Shown: piece by piece, positions 58,600 through 64,000 of the stretch | Layout: each line of letters starts with the position of its first letter | Numbering within the stretch: the first letter of the stretch is position 1 | NCBI GenBank assembly: GCA_039630575.1 | Contig: JBCNUW010000006.1 | Coordinates: forward strand, 1-64,000 | DNA from: Candidatus Hydrothermales bacterium | GTDB taxonomy: Bacteria > Hydrothermota > Hydrothermia > Hydrothermales > JAJRUZ01 | DNA length: 64,000 nt | Reading direction: 5' to 3' | The notes under the pieces: generated by a model | Database searches by the model: none | What the model was told of the DNA's origin: nothing | The model's input: the letters and a program-made list of their open reading frames with translations, nothing else | Program-made: the position numbers and the translations under genes

Positions 58600-59724
58600 A
58601 TGCCAATTGAAGGTAAACTTGAAGAACTTTCCTTAGTCGACTTTTTGCAGATTCTTGCTTTAAATAGAAAAACGGGAAAAATTAAAATAGAAAATGAATT
58701 AAAAAAAGAAAAAAATAGTGCCGAGATAATAATTAAAAAAGGTAACTTGCAGCTTATTACTATTTTGGGAGATGACCTTTTATATACAAGGGTTAAACAA
58801 GCAGGTCTTTTAAAAGAGTTAAAAGAGGATTTAAAGTTCAATGAGAGAGAAATCCTGATTTTGGTCAACGAGAAAAGCAAGGATATTTCTATAATTCAGA
58901 AAATTCTAAGAACTGTTAATGAAACGAGAATGTTTGAAATTCTCTCATGGAAGGTAGGTATGTTTAGGTTCGAAGAATTAAAGAATGAAAAGGAAGTATT
59001 ACCCGATGTTTACTCCTTTGATATACAGGATCTTTTACTTGAGAGCTCAAGAAGATTAGACGAATGGGAGGAGATTTCAAAAAAGATACCGTCATATTCT
59101 CTTATACCAGTTTTGTCAAATAAGTGGTTAAATAAAGATTTTTTTTCTCTTGATCTCTCGCCTCTTGAATGGAAAATTCTGTCACTAATAGATTCGAAAA
59201 GAAAAATTGAGGATATATTGGAGGAATTTAAACTACCTTCAATTGAGGTTGCCAAGGAGATCATAAAACTCCATGAAAGAGGAATTATAGAATTTAAAGA
59301 GATGGATAAGGCTTTTGAAGAAAGGACAAAAAGTGAAGCTGAGGAATTATTCTTAAAAGCAAGGGAAATGTTAAAAAGAGGAAAATACCTTGAAGCTGAA
59401 GTTTTTCTTACAAAATCTTTGTCCCTTTATCCTGATTTTATAATGGCTCATCTACTTCTTGCAGATCTTTACTATTTTCAGAAAAATTATAGACTGGCTT
59501 CTCAGGAATATTATCAAGTAATAAGAAGGGATCCTCAGAATCCTCTTGGTTATTACGGTATGGGTTTTGTAAGAATTAAACTCGGAGACCTGCAGGGTGC
59601 TTTAAAAGCTTGGGAAAAAGCTTATGAGTATGCAAGTGGTGATTTAAAAGGAAAAATAGAAAGACTTATTTCCCTTTTAAGAACTCTTTTGATTGAAATT
59701 GATACAAAGAAAGCACTTATATGA
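58600..59724 (+). CDS. DUF4388 (PATAN-like) domain plus TPR protein
   Basis: MPIEGKLEELSLVDFLQILALNRKTG, WKVGMFRF, LLLESSRRLDEW, winged-helix segment, C-terminal TPRs. Confidence 0.88.
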   Translation: MPIEGKLEELSLVDFLQILALNRKTGKIKIENELKKEKNSAEIIIKKGNLQLITILGDDLLYTRVKQAGLLKELKEDLKFNEREILILVNEKSKDISIIQKILRTVNETRMFEILSWKVGMFRFEELKNEKEVLPDVYSFDIQDLLLESSRRLDEWEEISKKIPSYSLIPVLSNKWLNKDFFSLDLSPLEWKILSLIDSKRKIEDILEEFKLPSIEVAKEIIKLHERGIIEFKEMDKAFEERTKSEAEELFLKAREMLKRGKYLEAEVFLTKSLSLYPDFIMAHLLLADLYYFQKNYRLASQEYYQVIRRDPQNPLGYYGMGFVRIKLGDLQGALKAWEKAYEYASGDLKGKIERLISLLRTLLIEIDTKKALI

Positions 59725-60296
59725 AGGAAGAAAAACTTTTCTATGATCCAAGATCGAGTCTTCTTCTTGAGCTTGTTGAGGAATATATCGATCATAATTT
59801 GATAGTTGAAGCAGAAACCCTTTTGAAAGATTACCTAAGGTCAAGTCCTTTATCAGAAAAAGCCCTTTTGTTGTGGATAAAGATAGCAGAAATTCAAAAG
59901 GATGAAAAAAAAGAAATTTATTTGAGGGAAAAATTGAGAGAGATCAGAGAAAAAAAAGGTGAGAAAGCAGATTTAAAGGATATAAAAATATCAGAAAAGA
60001 CAGAAACTCCAAAGTTAGAGGAAAGAGAGGCTGAAGAGAGATTTTTAGAGTTTCTCAAAGGGATTGAAGAACTTGAAAGGGTTGAGAAAAATGAGGAACT
60101 TTTGTTTTTTGTCAATTTATTAGATACATATTTAAAAAAATGGGGAATCGGTGAGCCACTTGAAATTATTATAGAATCAGAGCTGCCAGAGATTGGTTTT
60201 AAAACTAATAACGATTGGAAATTTCTACTTTTTAAAAAAAATACAGATTTTGTTACTTTAAGATGGGTTATTAAAAAGTTAAGATGGAAGGAATAA
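59721..60296 (+). CDS. Hypothetical protein: TPR-like N-terminus plus degenerate Roadblock-like C-terminus
   Basis: DPRSSLLLELVEEY...; GIGEPLEIIIE...KNTDFVTLRW. Confidence 0.5.
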   Translation: MKEEKLFYDPRSSLLLELVEEYIDHNLIVEAETLLKDYLRSSPLSEKALLLWIKIAEIQKDEKKEIYLREKLREIREKKGEKADLKDIKISEKTETPKLEEREAEERFLEFLKGIEELERVEKNEELLFFVNLLDTYLKKWGIGEPLEIIIESELPEIGFKTNNDWKFLLFKKNTDFVTLRWVIKKLRWKE

Positions 60297-60622
60297 CCAA
60301 AGGGAAAAAGGGGTTCTATTATCTTAGAGAGATGTTAAAAAACCCTGATGTTTATGGAGTGATTGTGACTGATGAAAATGGCGATTCTGTATTTGAGGAA
60401 ATTACCTTTAATATATCACCTGCTGATAGAAAAGAAATTATAAATTTTTTTAAAAATTATAACAGAGATAAAAGAACAATACTTTATGTTTTTACAAAAG
60501 ATAAATTAGTTATCTTTTCGAAGAATCCCCCGAAATTTAAAGGTTTTCTTATTACATTTGCAAGAAAAAGTGTAAATCTTGGTCTTTTGAGAATTTATCA
60601 TCAGAGATTTATAGATCTTTAA
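60284..60622 (+). CDS. Roadblock/LC7 (MglB-like) protein
   Basis: PDVYGVIVTDENG...ARKSVNLGLLR; 112 aa. Confidence 0.65.
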   Translation: MEGITKGKKGFYYLREMLKNPDVYGVIVTDENGDSVFEEITFNISPADRKEIINFFKNYNRDKRTILYVFTKDKLVIFSKNPPKFKGFLITFARKSVNLGLLRIYHQRFIDL

Positions 60623-60625
60623 GTT

Positions 60626-61273
60626 TTGAAAGTTAAAAGGTTTTCTTCATTATATTCTGTTTTTTATGTTGTGGAATATAGAGGAAGAAAGATTCTTATA
60701 GATTGTGGTTCACCTTTTGACAGAAGTAAATTTATAAATGAGGTTAAAAATGTTGATTATATCTTTATAACTCATGGGCACTGGGATCACATTGGAAATG
60801 CATTTTTTCTACAAAAAAGAAATGCCAAAGTTTTTATTCATGAAAAAGATTTTCTCTTGATTAAAAATAAAATTATTCATATACCGTCTCCAAGAGGTAA
60901 TTTTTACTCTTATTGCCTTTACTATACTTTAAATTTTTTAAAAAAATTTGCAAAGATTGAGTTTTTTGAAAAAGATAATTTGAATAGTGTAGAGGGATTA
61001 GAGATAATTGAGACTCCAGGTCATACCTATGGATCTTGTACTTTTAAGATAAGAAATAATTATTTTATAGGTGATATTCTAATAGGTCCTAATCCATTTA
61101 TAAAAAGACCAAGACTTTCTTTTTTAGTTGAAGATAGAAGTGTTTTAAAGAAAACTCTTGAACTTCTTTTTGAGTTCGAGGGAAAATTTTATCCAGGACA
61201 TGGTAAAGTTTTTTCTTCTCTTGATTTAAAGAAAGCAAAAGATTTTATATGGAAGGATTTAAAGAGGAAATAG
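60626..61273 (+). CDS. Metallo-beta-lactamase fold hydrolase
   Basis: LIDCG, THGHWDHIG, TPGHT, GD, PGHG. Confidence 0.92.
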   Translation: MKVKRFSSLYSVFYVVEYRGRKILIDCGSPFDRSKFINEVKNVDYIFITHGHWDHIGNAFFLQKRNAKVFIHEKDFLLIKNKIIHIPSPRGNFYSYCLYYTLNFLKKFAKIEFFEKDNLNSVEGLEIIETPGHTYGSCTFKIRNNYFIGDILIGPNPFIKRPRLSFLVEDRSVLKKTLELLFEFEGKFYPGHGKVFSSLDLKKAKDFIWKDLKRK

Positions 61274-62229
61274 TTTCTTTTAAGGAATTTATGAGAAAAG
61301 CTCTTTATGGAGAAAATGGCTATTACACAAAAAAAATGACAATAAACCTTGATTTCGTAACACCTTCAAATTTTTCTTTACCTCTTTCTATAGCACTTAA
61401 AAGCTTTATTCAGGAAAAAAGTCAAGGTTTATTATCATATGAAGTTTTAGAAATAGGTGGTGGTGAAGGAATTTTTTGTGAGAATTTTCTAAGGGTTAAT
61501 AAAGTTTCCAGATATTTTTTTGTCGAGCCTTCATTCTCGCGAATGGAGCTAGCAAAGAAAAGGCTGAATAATTTTCAAGAAGTTGTTTTTTTAAATTCTC
61601 TTGATGAGATAAAAGAGTTTGTGGGTTTTATAATTCTTATAGAAGTTTTTGATGCTTTTCCATTTAGAAGGCTTTTTAAAAAAGGTAACAAATTTTATGA
61701 AATAATGGTTAATTTAAAGACCAAGAAAGAAACTTTTAAAAAATTTGAGGATGATTTTTTGAATTTTTTTTTAGATGATATTACAGAAGATTCTATTTTT
61801 GAATATTCTGAGGATATTATAGATTTTTTAAAAAATTTAAAAGATAAATTAAAAAATGCTTATATAATATTGATAGACTATGCGGAGAATTTGAAAGATA
61901 TATTAAGAAAAAAAAGAGGTACAGCGAGAGCATTCAAAGAGCATAATGTTTTTGATGACTTATACACCCAAGAGGGGAAAAAAGATATAACAAGAACTTT
62001 AAATATAGAATTTTTGAAAAAAAAGTTTGAAATAACAGGTTATAGCTTCATAGAATTAAAAAAGTTAAGTGATTTCATAAAGGATTACCTTTTTGATATA
62101 TTGGATTATGAAAAAACATTAGGAATAAGGGATAAAGTAAAGCTAATAAGCCAACTAAATTACCTTGTCAATCCTGAAGGTATGGGAGAAATCTTTAAAG
62201 TTTTTGTATTTAAAGGTTCGAATCCTTAA
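61249..62229 (+). CDS. SAM-dependent methyltransferase, MidA/NDUFAF7 family
   Basis: FKEFMRKALY..GYY, DFVT, EIGGGEG, EVFDAFP, DIT, MGEIFKV. Confidence 0.85.
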   Translation: MEGFKEEIVSFKEFMRKALYGENGYYTKKMTINLDFVTPSNFSLPLSIALKSFIQEKSQGLLSYEVLEIGGGEGIFCENFLRVNKVSRYFFVEPSFSRMELAKKRLNNFQEVVFLNSLDEIKEFVGFIILIEVFDAFPFRRLFKKGNKFYEIMVNLKTKKETFKKFEDDFLNFFLDDITEDSIFEYSEDIIDFLKNLKDKLKNAYIILIDYAENLKDILRKKRGTARAFKEHNVFDDLYTQEGKKDITRTLNIEFLKKKFEITGYSFIELKKLSDFIKDYLFDILDYEKTLGIRDKVKLISQLNYLVNPEGMGEIFKVFVFKGSNP

Positions 62230-62243
62230 TTTTTTTCTTTAAG

Positions 62244-62822
62244 ATGCTAAATTTAATTCTTTCAGAAATTCAGGAGTCTATAGAGGTCAAAAGAAAATTT
62301 TTAGATTTTGCTCCAATCATAAAAAAGGCTTTAGAAATTTTGGAAAATTCTCTCTTTAATTCCGGTAAAATATTGATCTGTGGTAATGGTGGTTCAGCTG
62401 CTGATGCCCAGCACTTTGCAGCCGAACTTGTTGGCAAATACAGGGATGATAAGAGAAAAGGGCTTGCTGCTATTGCTTTGACAACTAATACATCCTCTAT
62501 CACTGCTATAGCTAATGATATGGGTTTTGAAAATATCTTTTCTAGACAAATTGAAGCCGTAGGTAAAAAAGGAGATGTTTTAATTGCAATCTCAACATCT
62601 GGTAAATCTGAAAATGTAAATAGAGCCTGTGTAAAAGCTAAGGAATTAGGTATGAAGGTTATATATCTTACAGGTAGCGAAGATCCACCTGTTTATAAGC
62701 TCTGTGATTTGATAATAAAAGTTCCATCTTCATCTACCCCAAGAATACAGGAGGTTCATGGGCTTGTGCTTCATATTTTCGCCTATTTAATTGAAAAAAG
62801 GTCTTTAAATAGGACAGAATAA
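62244..62822 (+). CDS. gmhA: D-sedoheptulose 7-phosphate isomerase
   Basis: CGNGGSAADAQHFAAEL, IAND, ISTSGKS, RIQEVH. Confidence 0.96.
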   Translation: MLNLILSEIQESIEVKRKFLDFAPIIKKALEILENSLFNSGKILICGNGGSAADAQHFAAELVGKYRDDKRKGLAAIALTTNTSSITAIANDMGFENIFSRQIEAVGKKGDVLIAISTSGKSENVNRACVKAKELGMKVIYLTGSEDPPVYKLCDLIIKVPSSSTPRIQEVHGLVLHIFAYLIEKRSLNRTE

Positions 62823-62829
62823 ATTAAAA

Positions 62830-63519
62830 ATGGAATTTAAAATACTTGATAAGGGTTTTGTAAGGCTCGTTGATTTCATGGGGGGGGATAATTCTGTAGT
62901 TCAGGCTGCAAGAGTTTCCTATGGTAGTGGTTTAAAAGGAGAAGAAAAAGATAAAAGACTACTTTTTTATCTAATGGAAAATGAGCACATGACTCCCTTT
63001 GAACATTCAGTTTTTAAATTTCATGTTAAATGTCCTATATTTGTTGCAAGGCAATGGTTCAGACACAGGTGGGGATCTTACAATGAGATTTCCGGTAGAT
63101 ATACTGAGTATAAAGAGGAGTTTTATTTACCAGAGAAATTAAGAGTTCAATCAAAAAAGGATAAACAGGTAGGTGAAATTGGATTTATTAAAAATGAGGA
63201 GGAATTAATAGGAAAAATTCGTGAGATTCAGGAAAAGTCTTATGAAGTTTACAAGATTCTTATTGAGAGCAATGTTGCCCGTGAACTTGCCAGGATTGTT
63301 TGTCCTTTATCACTTTACACAGAATTTTATTGGACAGTAAATGCAAGGAGTTTAATGAACTTTTTAAGACTGAGACTTGAAGTTAATGCTCAGTATGAAA
63401 TAAGGGAATATGCAAAGATCATTTTGAGAATTTTTAAGGAAAAAATGCCCTGGACTTATGAGGCTTTTTTAAATTTTTACTTAAAAAACAGGGAGAGTTA
63501 TAAAGATATTCAATTTTAA
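62830..63519 (+). CDS. thyX: FAD-dependent thymidylate synthase
   Basis: AARVSY, HMTPFEH, RHRWGSYNEISGRY, AQYEIR. Confidence 0.97.
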   Translation: MEFKILDKGFVRLVDFMGGDNSVVQAARVSYGSGLKGEEKDKRLLFYLMENEHMTPFEHSVFKFHVKCPIFVARQWFRHRWGSYNEISGRYTEYKEEFYLPEKLRVQSKKDKQVGEIGFIKNEEELIGKIREIQEKSYEVYKILIESNVARELARIVCPLSLYTEFYWTVNARSLMNFLRLRLEVNAQYEIREYAKIILRIFKEKMPWTYEAFLNFYLKNRESYKDIQF

Positions 63520-64000
63520 ATTTATTTCTATATTATTTTTTCTTTTATTAACTAGGCTCTTTTATGCCTTTGAAGGAATAAAGGATAATAGTAGACTTTT
63601 AAAATCAATTCAAGATGCCTCTGAGTATCATAAACTCGCAATAAACTTAAGTTTAAATAAGGGGTTTAAAAGGGACGGAGATATTGAAACAGTAAGAACT
63701 CCCCTTTTGCCTTTCCTTTTATCTTTATTTTACAGATTTAATTCTTCACCTCTTATTAACTTTTATTTAAATATTTTATTTTCAATTTTAGTTTTAATTT
63801 ATGCAAAAAAGAAATTAAGTAAAAAATCCTTTTATTTTTTTTCAATATTTTTTATTTTTTCACCCAATCTAAATTTTAATTCACTTTTTCCAACTGCCGA
63901 TTACTTATTTGGTATTTTAGTTTTTTTTCTTTATATTTCTATAATAGAAAGAAAACTTTTCTTTATAATTTTAATTTTATCACTTTTACCTTATTTAAAA
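63500..64000 (+). CDS. Partial membrane glycosyltransferase (ArnT/PMT-like GT-C), runs off the window; start uncertain
   Basis: Frame is open from 63485 to the window end: TM helix, then DASEYHKLAINL...GF...RTPLLP. No ATG/GTG/TTG before 63707. Confidence 0.7.
   Translation, partial: MKIFNFKFISILFFLLLTRLFYAFEGIKDNSRLLKSIQDASEYHKLAINLSLNKGFKRDGDIETVRTPLLPFLLSLFYRFNSSPLINFYLNILFSILVLIYAKKKLSKKSFYFFSIFFIFSPNLNFNSLFPTADYLFGILVFFLYISIIERKLFFIILILSLLPYLK

Overview
Very AT-rich (roughly 30% GC by eye), gene-dense bacterial chromosome segment. T9SS-type C-terminal tails, pilC-pilS-pilR synteny and Lys/Glu-rich proteins suggest a thermophilic FCB-group relative such as WOR-3/Hydrothermia; this assignment is inference only. 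Contents: an Fe-S scaffold and acyl-CoA dehydrogenase; rplT-pheS-pheT-zapB-zapA-rarA-rny-ispG; secreted amidohydrolases and large secreted proteins; a surface-glycan modification region (glycosyltransferases, methyltransferases, an SxtIJKL-like carbamoylation cassette, two O-antigen-ligase-like paralogs); Met/propionyl-CoA catabolic genes; pilMNOP-glmS; polX; pilC-pilS-pilR; two tRNAs (Gly-CCC, Arg-TCT); gmhA and thyX. The most notable block is at 52.1-60.6 kb. tRNA-Arg is followed by an orphan cas6 with an apparently intact active site. Next comes a receptor-less, Dif-ordered chemosensory operon (cheW-cheY-cheA-cheC) translationally coupled to a large TPR protein, a DUF4388/PATAN-like TPR protein and two Roadblock-like proteins, all divergent from pilCSR. 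Other signals: many apparently leaderless genes, a 3x11-bp operator-like repeat next to an RHH regulator, a shared 16-nt GC-rich leader motif, and genes lacking a conventional start codon. No CRISPR array, rRNA or intact mobile element was found.
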